Source: Eledone cirrhosa
Taxonomy: Eukaryota
DNA length: 64,000 nt
Direction of reading: 5' to 3'
Assembly (NCBI GenBank): GCA_964016885.1
Contig: OZ024741.1
Span: 222,642,001-222,706,000, forward strand
Positions 15,001 through 30,000 of the stretch are shown here, in pieces; within the stretch, counting starts at the first letter, position 1; each line of letters starts with the position of its first letter. Under the pieces are notes generated by a model, which saw only the letters and a program-made list of their open reading frames with translations, did not search any database and was not told the origin of the DNA. Both the position numbers and the translations under genes were made by a program.

Positions 15001-18000
15001 TATTGGTGGTATTATTGGTGGTATTGTTGTTGGTATTGTTGGTGGTATTATTGGTGGTATTATTCGTGGTATTATTGGTGGTATTATTGTTGGGGGTATT
15101 GTTGGTGGTATTATTGGTGGTATTATTGGTGGTATTATTGCTGGTATTATTGCTGGTATTATTGGTGGTATTGTTGGTGGCAATATTGGTGATATGATTG
15201 GTGGTATTATTGGTGGTATTATTGGTGGTATTATTGGTGGTATTATTGGTGGTATTATTGGTGGTATTAATGGTGGTATTATTGGTGGTATTATTAGTAA
15301 TATTATTGGTAGGATTATTGGTTGTATTATTGGTGGTAATATTGGTGGTAATATTAGTGGTATTATTGGTGGTATTATTGGTGGTATTATTCTTGGTATT
15401 ATTGGTGGTAATATTGTTAGTATTATTGGTGGTAGTGTTGATGGTATTGTTGGTGGTATTATTGGTGGTATGGTTGGTGGTGTCATTGATGGTATTATTG
15501 GTGGTATTATTGGTGGTATCGTTAGTGGTATTATTGGTCTTAATATTGGTGGTATTATTGGTGGTATTGTTGGTGGTAATATTGGTGGTATTATTGGTGG
15601 TAATATTGGTGGTATTATTGACGGTATTATTGGTGGTAATATTGGTGGTATTATTGCTGGTATTATTGTTGGTATTAATGGTGGTAATATTGGTGGTATT
15701 ATTGGTGCTATTATTGGTGGTATTATTGGTGGTATTATTGGTGGTTGTATTGGAGATATTATTGGTGGTATTAGTGGTGGTATTATTGGTGGTATTATTG
15801 GTGGTATTATTGGTGGTATTGTTAGTTGTATTATTGATGGTATTATTGGTGGCAATATTGGAGATATTATTGGTGGTATTAGTGGTGGTATTATTGGTGG
15901 TATTATTGGTGGTATTATTGGTGGTATTGTTAGTTGTATTATTGATGGTATTATTGGTGGTATTATTGGTGGTATTATTGGTGGTATTATTGGTTGTAAT
16001 ATTGTTGGGATTATTGATGGTATTATTGGTGGTATTATTGGTGGTATTATTGTTAGTATTATTGGTGGTAGTATTGGTGGTATTGTTGGTGGAATTATTG
16101 TTGGTATTATTGGTGGTATTATTGGTGGTATTATTGTTAGTATTGTTGGCGGTATTATTGGTGGTATGGTTGGTGGAATTATTGTTGGTATTATTGGTGG
16201 TATTATTGGTGGTAATATTGGTGGTATTATTGGTGGTATTATTGGTGGTATTATTGGTGGTATTATTGGTGGTATTATTGGTGGTATTATTGGTGGTAAT
16301 ATTGGTGGTATTATTGGTGGTATTATAGGTGGTATTGTTGTTGGTATTATTGGTGGTATTATTGGTGGTATTATTGGTGGTATTATTGGTGGTATTATTG
16401 TTGGTGGTATTATTGGTGGTATTATTGGTGGTATTATTTTGGTATTATTGGTGGTATTATTGGTGGTATTGTTGGTGGTATTATTGGTGGTAATATTGGT
16501 GGTATTATTGGTGGTATTGTTGGTGGTATTGTTGGTGGTATTGTTGGTGGTATTATTGGTGGTATTATTGGTGGTATTACTGGTGGTAATATTGGTGGTA
16601 ATATTGGTGGTATTATTGGTGGTAATATTGGTGGTATTATTGGTGGTATTATTGGTGGTATTGTTGGTGGTATTATTGGTGGTAATATTGGTGGTATTAT
16701 TGGTGGTAATATTGGTGGTATTATTGGTGGTATTGTTGGTGATATTGTTGGTGATATTATTGGTGGTATTATTGGTGGTATTATTGGTGGTATTATTGGT
16801 GGTATTATTGGTGGCAATATTGGAGATATTATGGGTGGTATTAGTGGTGGTATTGTTGTTGGTATTGTTGGTGGTATTATTGGTGGTATTATTGGTGGTA
16901 TTATTGGTGGTATTATTGTTGGGGGTATTGTTGGTGGTATTATTGGTGGTATTATTGGTGGTATTATTGATGGTATTATTGGTGGTATTATTGGTGGTAT
17001 TATTGGTGGTGTCATTGATGGTATTATTGGTGGTATTATCGGTGGTATTGTTAGTGGTATTATTGGTCTTAATATTGGTGGTATTATTGGTGGTATTGTT
17101 GGTCGTAATATTAGTGGTATTATTGGTGGTAATATTGGTGGTATTAGTGACGGTATTATTGGTGGTATTATTGGTGGTATTATTGATGGTATTATTGGTG
17201 GTATTATTGGTGGTATTGTTGGTGGTGTCATTGATGGTAATATTAGTGGTATTATTGGTGGTAATATTGGTGGTATTAGTGACGGTATTATTGGTGGTAA
17301 TATTGGTGGTATTATTGCTGGTATTATTGGTGGTTGTATTGGTGGTATTGTTAGTTGTATTATTGAGGGTATTATTGGTGGCAATATTGGAGATATTATT
17401 GGTGGTATTAGTGGGGTTATTATTGGTGGTATTATTGGTGGTATTATTGGTGGTATTATTGGTGGTATTGTTAGTTGTATTATTGATGGTATTATTGGTG
17501 GTATTATTGGTGGTATTATTGGTGGTATTATTGGTTGTAATATTGTTGGGATTATTGATGGTATTATTGGTGGTAATATTGGTGGTATTATTGTTTGTAT
17601 TATTGGTGGTAATATTGGTGGTATTATTGGTGGTATTATTGGTGGTATGGTTGGTGGTATTATTGTTGGTATTATTGGTGGTATTATTGGTGGTAATATT
17701 GGTGGTATTATTGGTGGTATTATTGGTGATAATATTGGTGGTATTATTGGTGGTAATATTGGTGGTATTATTGGTGGTAATATTGGTGGTATTATTGGTG
17801 GTATTATTGGTGGTATTGTTGTTGGTATTATTGGTGGTATTATTGGTGGTATTATTGGTGGTATTATTGGTGGTATTATTGTTGGTGGTATTATTGGTGG
17901 TATTATTGGTGGTATTATTTTGGTATTATTAGTGGTATTATTGGTGGTATTGTTGGTGGTATTATTGGTGGTAATATTGGTGGTATTATTGGTGGTATTG

Positions 18001-21000
18001 TTGGTGGTATTGTTGGTGGTATTGTTGGTGGTATTATTGGTGGTATTATTGGTGGTATTATTGGTGGTATTATTGGTGGTAATATTGGTGGTAATATTGG
18101 TGGTATTATTGGTGGTATTATTGGTGGTATCATTGGTGGTATTATTGGTGATATTATTGTTGGGGGTATTGTTGGTGGTATTATTGGTGGTATTATTGGT
18201 GGTATTATTGGTGGTAATATTGGTGGTATTATTGGTGGTAATATTGGTGGTATTATTGGTGGTATTATTGGTGGTAATATTGATGGTATTATTGGTGGTA
18301 ATATTGGTGATATTATGGTGGTATTATTGGTGGTAATATTGGTGGTATTATTGTTGGTATTATTGGTGTTATTATTGGTGGTATTACTGGTGGTAATATT
18401 GGTGGTAATATTGGTGGTATTATTGGTGGTATTGTTGGTGGTATTATTGGTGGTAATATTGTTGGTATTATTGGTGGTATTATTGGTGGTACTATTGGTG
18501 GTATTATTCGTGGTAATATTGGTGGTAATATTGGTGGTATTATTGGTGGTATTGTTGGTGATATTGTTGGTGGTATTATTGGTGGTATTATTGGTGGTAT
18601 TGTTGGTGGTATTATTGGTGGTATTGTTGTTGGAATTATTGGTGGTAATATTGGCGGTATTATTGGTGGTAATATTGGTGGTATTATTGGTGGTATTATT
18701 GGTGGTATTATTGGTGGTATTATTGGTGGTATTATTGGTGGTATTTTGGTGGTATTGTTGGTGGTATTATTGGTGGTATTGTTGTTGGTATTATTGGTGG
18801 TAATATTGGTGGTATTATTGGTGGTGTTGTTGTTGGTATTATTGGTGGTATTATTGGTGGTATTGTTGTTGGTATTGTTGGTGGTATTATTGGTGGTATT
18901 ATTGGTGGTATTATTGGTGGTATTATTGTTGGGGGTATTGTTGGTGGTATTATTGGTGGTATTATTGGTGGTATTATTGATGGTATTATTGGTGGTATTA
19001 TTGGTGGTATTATTGGTGGTGTCATTGATGGTATTATTGGTGATATTATTGGTGGTATTGTTAGTGGTATTATTGGTCTTAATATTGGTGGTATTATTGG
19101 TGGTATTGTTGGTGGTAATATTAGTGGTATTATTGGTGGTAATATTGGTGGTATTAGTGACGGTATTATTGGTGGTAATATTGGTGGTATTATTGGTGGT
19201 ATTGTTGTTGGTATTATTGGTGGTAATATTGGTGGTATTATTGGTGCTATTATTGGTGGTATTATTGGTGGTATTATTGGTGGTATTATTGGTGGTATTG
19301 TTGGTGGTATTATTGGTGGTAATATTGGTGGTATTATTGGTGGTATTATTGGTGGTATTATTGGTGGTATTATTGGTGGTAATATTGGTGGTAATATTGG
19401 TGGTATTATTGGTGGTATTATTGGTGGTATTATTGTTGGTATTATTGGTGGTAATATTGGTGGTATTATTGGTGGTATTATTGTTGGTATTATTGGTGGT
19501 AATATTGGTGGTAATATTGGTGGTATTATTGGTGGTATTATTGGTGGTATTATTGGTGGTAATATTGGTGGTAATATTGGTGGTATTATTGTTGGTATTA
19601 TTGGTGGTAATATTGGTGGTATTATTGGTGGTATTATTGGTGGTATTATTGGTGGTATTATTGGTGGTAATATTGGTGGTAATATTGGTGGTAATATTGG
19701 TGGTATTATTGGTGGTATTAGTGGTGGTATTATTGGTGGTATTATTGGTGGTAATATTGGTGGTAATATTGGTGGTATTATTGGTGGTATTAGTGGTGGT
19801 ATTATTGGTGGTATTATTGTTGGTATTACTGGTTATATTATTGGTGGTAATATTGGTGGTATTATTGGTGGTATTATTGGTGGTATTATTGGTGGTATTA
19901 TTGGTGGTATTATTGGTGGTATTAGTGGGGGTATTATTGGTGGTATTATTGGTGGTATTATTGGTGGTTTTATTGGTGGTATGGGTGGTGGTATTATTGA
20001 TGGTATTATTGGTGGTATTATTGGTGGTATTATTGGTGGTATTAGTGGGGGTATTATTGGTGGTATTATTCGTGGTATTATTGGCGGTATTGTTGGTGGT
20101 ATTATTGTTGGTATTATTCGTGGTATTATTGGTGGTATTGTTGTTGGTATTATTGGTGTTATTATTGGTGGTATTATTGGTGGTATTGTTGGTGGTATTA
20201 TTGTTGGTATTATGGGTGGTATTATTGGTGGTATTGTTAGTGGTATTATTGGTCTTAATATTGGTGGTATTATTGGTGGTATTGTTGGTGGTAATATTAG
20301 TGGTATTATTGGTGGTAATATTGGTGGTATTATTGGTGGTATTGTTGGTGGTATTGTTGGTGGTATTATTGGTGGTAATATTGGTGGTATTATTGGTGGT
20401 ATTGTTGGTGGTATTGTTGGTGGTATTATTGGTGGTATTGTTAGTAGTATTATTGGTGGTATTATTGGTGGTATTATTAGTAATATTATTGGTAGGATTA
20501 TTGTTGTAATATTTCTGTGATTATTGTTGGTAATATTGGTGGTATTATTGTTAGTATTATTGGTGGTATTATTGGTGGTATTATTGGTGGTATTATTGTT
20601 GGTTATATTTGTGGTATTATTGGTGGTATTATTGGTTGTATTATTGGTGGTATTAGTGGGGGTATTATTGGTGGTATTATTGGTGGTAATATTGGTGGTA
20701 ATATTGGTGGTAACTTTGGTGGTATTATTGGTGTTATTAATGGTGGTAATATTGTTCGTATTATTAGTGGTTTTATTGGTGGTATTATTGGTGGTATTAT
20801 ATGTGTTATTATTGGTGGTATCATTGGTGGTAATATTGTTGGGTATTATTGGTGGTATTATTGGTGGTATTATTGGTGGTATTATTAGTGGTATTATTGG
20901 TGGTAATATTGTTCGTATTATTTGTGGTAATATTGGTGGTAATATTGGTGGAAATATTGGTGGTATTATTAGTGGTATTATTGGTGGTATTATTGGTGGT

Positions 21001-24000
21001 ATTATTGGTGGTATTGTTGGTGGTATTATTGGTGGTCTTGTTAGTAGTATTATTGATGGTATTATTGGTGGTATTATTGGTGGTATTATTGGTGGTATTG
21101 TTGGTGGTATTATTGGTGGTATTATTGGTGGTATTGTTGGTAGTATTATTGGTGGTATGGGTGGTGGTATTATTGGTGGTATTGTTGGTGGTATTATTGG
21201 TGTTATTATTGGTTGTATTATTGGTGGTAATATTGGTGGTAATATTGGTGGTATTATTGGTGCTATTATTGGTGGTATTATTAGTGGTATTATTGGTGGT
21301 ATTATTGGTGGTATTATTGGTGGTATTGTTGGTGGTATTATTGGTGGTATTGTTAGTAGTATTATTGATGGTATTATTGGTGGCAACATTGGTGATATTA
21401 TTGGTGGTATTATTGGTAGTATTATTGGTGGTATTATTGGTGGTATTATTGGTGGTATTATTGATGGTATTATTGGTGGTATTATTAGTAATATTATTTG
21501 TAGCATTATTGGTGGTAATATTTGTGGTATTATTGGTGGTATTATTGGTGGTATTGTTGGTGGTATTATTGGTGGTATAGTTAGTAGTATTATTGGTGGT
21601 ATTATTGTTGGCAATATTGGAGATATTATTTGTGTTATTATTGGTGGTATTATTAGTTGTATTATTGGTAGGATTATTGGTTGTAATATTGCTGGTATTA
21701 TTGGTGGTATTATTGGTGGTCTTATTGGTGATATTATTGGTGGTATTATTGTTAGTATTATTGGTGGTATTATTGGTGGTATTATTGGTGGTATTGTTGG
21801 TGGTATTGTTGTTGGTATTATTGGTGGTATTATTGGTGGTATTATTGGTGGTATTGTTGGTGGTATTATTGGTGGTAATATAGTTGGTATTATTGGTGGT
21901 AGTATTGGTGGTAGTATTGGTGGTATTATTGGTGGTATTATTAGTGGTATTATTGGTGGTATTATTGGTGGTAATACAGTTGGTATTGTTGGCGGTGTTA
22001 TTGGTGATATTATTAGTGGTATTATTGGTGGTATTGTTGGTGGGATGGTGGTGGTATTATTGGTGGTATTATTGGTGGTATTATTGGTGGTATTATTGGT
22101 TGTATTATTGGTGGTATTATTGGTGGTAATATTGGTGGTATTATTGGTGGTATAATTGCTGGTATTATTGGTGGTATTGTTGGTATTATTATTGGTTGTA
22201 TTATTGGTGGTAATATTGGTGGTATTATTGGTGGTATTATTGGTGGTATTATTGGTGGTATTATTGGTGGTAATATTGTTGTTATTATTGGTGGTATTAT
22301 TGGTGGTAATATTGCTGGTATTCTGGGTGGTATTATTGGTGGTATTATTAGTGGTAATATTGTTGGTATTATTGGTGGTAATATTGGTGGTATTATTGGT
22401 GGTATTATTGGTGGTAATATTGTTGTTATTATTGGTGGTATTATTGGTGGTAATATTGCTGGTATTCTGGGTGGTATTATTGGTGGTATTATTAGTGGTA
22501 ATATTGTTGGTATTATTGGTGGTAATATTGGTGGTATTATTGGTGGTATTATTGGTGGTATTATTGGTGGTATTATTGGTGGTAATATTGTTGTTATTAT
22601 TGGTGGTATTATTGGTGGTAATATTGCTGGTATTCTGGGTGGTATTATTGGTGGTATTATTAGTGGTAATATTGTTGGTATTATTGGTGGTAATATTGGT
22701 GGTATTATTGGTGGTATTATTGGTGGTATTATTGGTGGTAATCTTGGTGGTATTATTGGTGGTATTATTGATGGTATTATTGGTGGTATTATTGGTGGTA
22801 TTATTGGTGGTAATATTGGTGGTATTATTGGTGGTATTATTGGTGGTAATCTTGGTGGTATTATTGGTGGTATTATTGGTGGTATTATTGGTGGTATTAT
22901 TGCTGGTATTATTGTTGGTAATATGGGTCGTGTGGTTGGTGGTATTATTGGTGGAATTAATGGTGTTATTATTGGTGGTATTATTGGTGGTAATATTAGT
23001 GGTATTATTGGTGGTAATATTGGTGGTAATATTGGTGGTATTATTGGTTGTATTATTGGTTGTAGTATTGGTGGTAATATTGGTGGTAATATTGGTGGTA
23101 TTATTGGTGGTATTATTGATGGTATTATTGGTGGTATTATTGGTGGTAATATTGGTGGTAATATTGATGGTATTATTTGTGGTAATATTGGTGGTATTAT
23201 TGTTGGTATTATTGGTGGTAATATTGGTGGTATTATTGGTTATATTATTGGTGGTATTATTGGTGGTAATATTGGTGGTATTATTGGTGGTATTATTGGT
23301 GGTATTATTGGTGGTATTATTGGTGGTATTATAGTTGGTATTATTGGTGGTAATATTGGTGGTATTATGGTGCTATTATTGGTGGTAGTATTGGTGTTAT
23401 TATTGGTTGTATTATTGGTGGTATTATTGGTGGTGTGGGTGGTGGTATAATTGTTGGTATTATTGGTGGTAATATTGGTGGTAATATTAGTGGTATTATT
23501 GGTGGTATTATTGGTGATATTATTGGTTGTATTATTGGTGGTATTATTGGTGGTATTATTGGTGGTATTATTGGTGGTATTATTGGTGGTATTATTGGTG
23601 GTAATATTAGTGGTATTATTGGTGGTATTATTGGTGGTAGTATTGGTGTTATTGTTGGTGTTATTATTCGTGGTATTATTGGTTGTATTATTGGTGGTAT
23701 TATTGGTGGTATTATTGGTGTTATTATTGGTTGTATTATTGGTGGTATTATTGGTGGTATTATTGGTGGTATTATTGGTGGTATTATTGGTGGTATTATT
23801 GGTGGTATTATTGGTGATATTATTGGTTGTATTATTGGTGGTATTATTGGTGGTAATATTAGTGGTATTATTGGTGGTATTATTGGTGGTAGTATTGGTG
23901 TTATTGTTGGTGTTATTATTCGTGGTATTATTGGTTGTATTATTGGTGGTATTATTGGTGGTATTATTGGTGTTATTATTGGTTGTATTATTGGTGGTAT

Positions 24001-27000
24001 TATTGGTGGTATTACTGGTGGTGTGGGTGGTGGTATTGTTGGTGTTATTATTCGTGGTATTATTGGTTGTATTATTGGTGGTATTATTGGTGGTATTATT
24101 GGTGGTATTATTGGTGGTATAATTGTTGGTATTATTGGTGGTAATATTGGTGGTATTATTGGTGGTATTATTGGTGGTATTATTGGTGGTATTATTGGTG
24201 GTATTATTGGTGGTATTATTGGTGGTATTATAAGTGGTGTTATTGGTGTTAATATTGGTGGTATTATGGTGGTATTATTAGCAGTATTATTGGTGGTATT
24301 ATTGGTTGCGATATTGGAAATATTATTGGTGGTATTATTGGTGGTATTATTGGTGGTATTATTAGTAGTATTATTGGTAGGATTATTGATGGTAATATTG
24401 GTGGGATTATTGGTGGTATTGTTGGTGGTATTATTCGTTGTATTATTGGTGATATTGTTGGCGGTGTTATTGGTGATATTATTAGTGGTATTATTGATGG
24501 TATTATTGTTTGTATTATTGGTGGTAATATTGGTGGTAATATTGGTGGTATTGTTGGTGGTGTTGTTGGTGGTAATATTGGTGGTATTATTAGTGGTATT
24601 GTTGGCAGTGTTATTGGTGATATTATTAGTGGTATTATTGGTGGTATTGTTGGTTGTATTAAAGGTGGTATTATTGGTGGTAATATTGTTGGTATTATTG
24701 ATGGTATTATTGGTGGTATTATTGGTGGTATTATTGGTGGTATTATATGTGGTGTTATTGGTGGTAATATTGGTGGTATTATTGGTGGTATTATTGGTGG
24801 TATTATTGGTGGTATTATTGGTGGTAATATTGGTGGTATTATTGGTGGTATTATATGTGGTGTTATTGGTGGTAATATTGGTGGTATTATTGGTGGTATT
24901 ATTATTGGTATTATTCGTGGTATTATTGCTGGTGTTACTAGCAGTATTATTGGTGGTAATATTGGTGGTATGGGTGGTGGTATTATTGTTGGTATTATTG
25001 GTGGTATTATTGCTGGTACTATTGGTGGTATTGGCAGTATCGGTAGAGGGTCGGACGCCATGCTTTCCAGCATAGTTACGTCCCTTTACGATCGGAGCTC
25101 AAATCCCGCCGAGGTTAACTTTGCCTTTCATCCTTACGGGGTCGATAAAATAAAGTACCAGTAATGCACTGGGTAATTGCTGGCCTTGTGCCTCAAGTAG
25201 AAACAATTATTAGTGGTATCGTTGGCGGTGTTATTGGTGATATTATTAGTGGTATTATTGGTGGTATTGTTGGTGGTATTATTGGTGGTAATATTGTTGG
25301 TATTATTGGTGGTATTTGTTGGTGGTATTATTGGTGGTATTATTGGTGGTATTATTGGTGGTATTATTGGTGGTATTTGTTGGTGGTATTATTGGTGGTA
25401 TTATTGGTGGTATTATTGGTGGTATTATTGTTGGTATTATTGGCGGTATTATTGGTAGTAATATTGGTCGTATTATTGGTGGTATTATTGGTGGTATTAT
25501 TTATGGTATTATCAGTGGTAATATTGGTTTTATGATTGGTGGTAATATTGGAGGTATTATTGGTGGTATTATTGGTGTATTATTGGTGGTATTATTGGTA
25601 GTAATATTGATGGTATTATTGGTGGTAATATTGGTGGTATTATTGGTGGTATTATTGGTGGTAATGTTGGTGGTATTATTGGTGGTATTATTGGTGGTAT
25701 TGTTCGTATTATTATTGGTGGTATTATTGGGGGTATTATTGCTGGTATCATTGGTGGTATTATTGGTGGTATTATTGGTGTTATTATCGGTGGTATTATT
25801 GGTGGTATTATTGGTGGTATTATAAGTGGTGTTATTGGTGGTAATATTGGTGGTATTATGGTGGTATTATTAGCAGTATTATTGGTGGTATTATTGGTGG
25901 TATTATTAGTAGTATTATTGGTAGGATTATAGATGGTAATATTGGTGGTATTGTAGGTGGTATTATTCGTTGTATTATTGGTGGTATTGTTGGCGGTGTT
26001 ATTGGTGATATTATTAGTGGTATTATTGATGGTATTGTTGGTGGGATGGTGATGGTATTATTGGTGGTATTATTGGCGGTGTTATTGGTGATATTATTGG
26101 TTGTATTATTGGTGGTAATATTAGTGGTGTTGTTGGTGGTAATATTGGTGGTATTATTAGTGGTATTGTTGGCAGTGTTATTGGTGATATTATTAGTGGT
26201 ATTATTGGTGGTATTGTTGGTTGTATTAAAGGTGGTATTATTGGTGGTATTATTGTTGGTATTATTGTTGGAAATATTGGTGGTATTATTGGTGGTATTA
26301 TTGGTGGTATTATTGGTGGTATTATTGTTGGAAATATTGGTGGTATTATTGGTGGTATTATTGGTGGTATTATTGGTGGTATTATTTGTGGTATTATTGG
26401 TGGTATTATTTGTGGTATTATATGTGATGTTATTGGTGGTAATATTGGTGGTATTATTGGTGGTATTATTGGTGGTATTATTGGTGGTATGGGTGGTGGT
26501 ATTATTGTTGGTATTATTGGTGGTATTAATGGTGGTATTATTGGTGGTATTATTGGTGGTATTATTGGTGGTAATATTGGTGGTATTATTGGTGGTATTA
26601 TTGGTGGTATTATTGGTGGTATGGGTGGTGGTATTATTGGTGGTATTATTGGTGGTATTAATGGTGGTATTATTGGTGGTATTATTGGTGGTATTATTGG
26701 TGGTAATATTGGTGGTATTATTGGTGGTATTATTGGTGGTATTATTGGTGGTAATATTGGTGGTATTATTGGTGGTATTATTGGTGGTATTATTGGTGGT
26801 AATATTGGTGGTATTAATGGTGGTATTATTGGTAGTATTATTGGTTGTATTATTGGTGGTAATATTGGTGGTATTATTAGTGGTATTATTGGTGGTATTA
26901 TTAGTAGTATTATTGGTAGGATTATTGATGGTAATATTGGTGGTATTATTGGTGGTATTATTGGTGGTATTATTCGTTGTATTATTGGTGGTATTATTGG

Positions 27001-30000
27001 CGGTGTTATTGGTGGTATTTTTGGTGGTAATATTGGTGGTATTGTTGGCGGTGTTATTGGTGGTATTTTTGGTGGTAATATTGGTGGTAATATTGGTGGT
27101 AATATTGGTGGTAATATTGCTGGTATTGTTGGTGGTCTTGTTGGTGGTAATATAGGTGGTATTATTAGTGGTATTGTTGGCGGTATTATTGGTGGTAATA
27201 TTGGTGGTATAATTGGTGGTATTATTGGTGATATTATAATGGTATTATTGGTGGTATTGTTGGTGGTATTATTGGTGGTAATATTGGTGGTATTATTGGT
27301 GGTATTATTGTTGGTATTATTGGCGGTATTATTGGTGGTAATATTGGTGGTATTATTGTTGGAAATATTGGTGGTATTATTGGTGGTGTTGTTGGTGGTA
27401 TTGTTGGCAGTGTTATTGGTGATATTATTAGTGGTATTATTGGTGGTATTGTTGGTTGTATTAAAGGTGGTATTATTGGTGGTATTATTGTTGGTTATTA
27501 TTGGCGGTATTATTGGTGGTAATATTGTTGGTATTATTGTTGGAAATATTGGTGGTATTATTGTTGGAAATATTGGTGGTATTATTGGTGGTATTATTGG
27601 TGGTATTATTGGTGGTATTATTGGTGGTATGGGTGGTGGTATTATTGTTGGTATTATTGGTGGTATTATTGGTGGTATTATTGGTGGTATTAATGGTGGT
27701 ATTATTGGTGGTATTATTGGTGGTATTATTGGTGGTAATATTGGTGGTATTATTGGTGGTATTATTGGTGGTATTATTGGTGGTATTATTGGTGGTATTA
27801 TTGGTGGTAATATTGGTGTTATTATTGGTGGTATTATTGGTGGTATTATTGGTGGTATTATTGGTGGTAATATTGGTGGTATTAATGGTGGTATTATTGG
27901 TGGTATTATTGGTTGTATTATTGGTGGTAATATTGGTGGTATTATTAGTGGTATTATTGGTGGTATTATTAGTAGTATTATTGGTAGGATTATTGATGGT
28001 AATATTGGTGGTATGATTGGTGGTATTATTGGTGGTATTATTCGTTGTATTATTGGTGGTATTGTTGGCGGTGTTATTGGTGATATTATTAGTGGTATTA
28101 TTGGTGGTATTGTTGGCGGTGTTATTGGTGGTAATATTGGTGGTAATATTGGTGGTAATATTGTTGGTATTGTTGGTGGTATTTTTGGTTGTAATATTGA
28201 TGGTAATATTGGTGGTAATATTGCTGGTATTGTTGGTGGTATTATTGGCGGTATTATTGGTGGTAATATTGGTGGTATTATTGGTGGTATTATTGGTAGG
28301 ATTATTGATGGTATTATTAGTGGTAATATTGGTGTTATGATTGGTGGTATTATTGGTGGTATTATTGGTGGTATTATTGGTGGTATTTTGGTGGTAATAT
28401 TGGTGTTATTATTGGTGGTATTATTGGTGGTATTATTGGTGGTATTATTGGAGGTATTATTGGTGGTAATATTGGTGTATTATTTGTGGTATCATTGGTG
28501 GTATTATTAGTGGTATTATTGGTGTTATTATTGGTTGTATTATTGGTGGTATTATTGGTGGTAATATTGGTGGTATTATTGGTGGTATTATTGGTGGTAT
28601 TATAGTTGGTATTATTGGTGTTAATATTGGTGGTATTATTGGTGGTATTATTGGTGGTATTATTGTTTGTATTATTGGTGGTATTATTGGTTGTATTATT
28701 GGTTGTATTATTGGTTGTATTATTGGTTGTATTATTCGTGGTATTATAGTTGGTATTGTTTTGTGGTAATATTGGTCGTATTATTGTTGGTATTATTGGT
28801 GGTATTATTGGTGGTATTATTGGTGGTATTATACTTGGTATTATTGGTGGTAATATTGGTGGTATTATTGGTGGTAGTATTGGTGTTATTGTTGGTGGTA
28901 TTATTGGTGGTATTATTGTTGGTATTATTGGTGGTAATATTGGTGGTAATATTGGTGGAATTATTGGTGTTATTATTGGTGGTATTATTGGTGGTATTAT
29001 TGGTGGCGTTATTAGTTGTATTATTGGTGATAATATTGGTGGTATTATTGGTGCTAATATTGGTGTATTATTGGTGGTATCATTGGTGGTATTATTCGTG
29101 GTATTATTGGTGGTATTATTGGTGGTATTATTGGTGGTATTATTAGTGGTAATATTGGTGGGAATATTGGTGGTATTATTGTTTGTATTATTGGTGGTAT
29201 TATTCGGGTATTATTCGAGGTATTATTCGTGGTATTATTCGTGGTATTATTGGTGGTAGTATTGGTAGTATTGTTGGTGGTATTATTGGTGGTATTATTG
29301 GTGGTATTGTTGGTGGTAATATTGGTGGTATTATTGGTGGTATTATTGGTGGTATTATTGGTGGTATTATTGGTGGTAATATTGGTGGTATTATTGGTGG
29401 TAATATTGGTGGTAATATTGGTGATATTGTTGTTTGTATTATTGGTGGTAATATTGGTGGTATTATTAGTGGTATTGTTGGCGGTGTTATTGGTGATATT
29501 ATTAGTGGTATTATTGGTGGTATTATTGGTGGTATTATAAGTGGTTTTATTGTTGGTAATATTGGTGGTATTATTGGTGGTATTATTGGTGGCAATATTC
29601 GTGGTAATATTGGTGGTATTGTTGTTTGTATTATTGGTGGTAATATTGGTGGTATTATTAGTGGTATTGTTGGCGGTATTATTGGTGGTAATATTGTTGG
29701 TATTATTTGTGGTATTATTGGTGGTATTATTGGTGTTATTATTGGTTGTATTATTGGTGGTATTATTGGTGTTATTATTGGTTGTAATATTGGTGGTATT
29801 ATTGGTGGTAATATTGGTGGTATTATTGGTGGTATTGTTCGTATTATTATTGGTGGTATTATTTGTGGTATTATTGGTGGTATTATTGGTGGTAATATTG
29901 TTGGTATTATTTGTGGTATTATTGGTGGTATTATTGGTGTTATTATTGGTTGTATTATTGGTGGTATTATTGGTGGTATTATTGGTGGTAATATTGTTGG

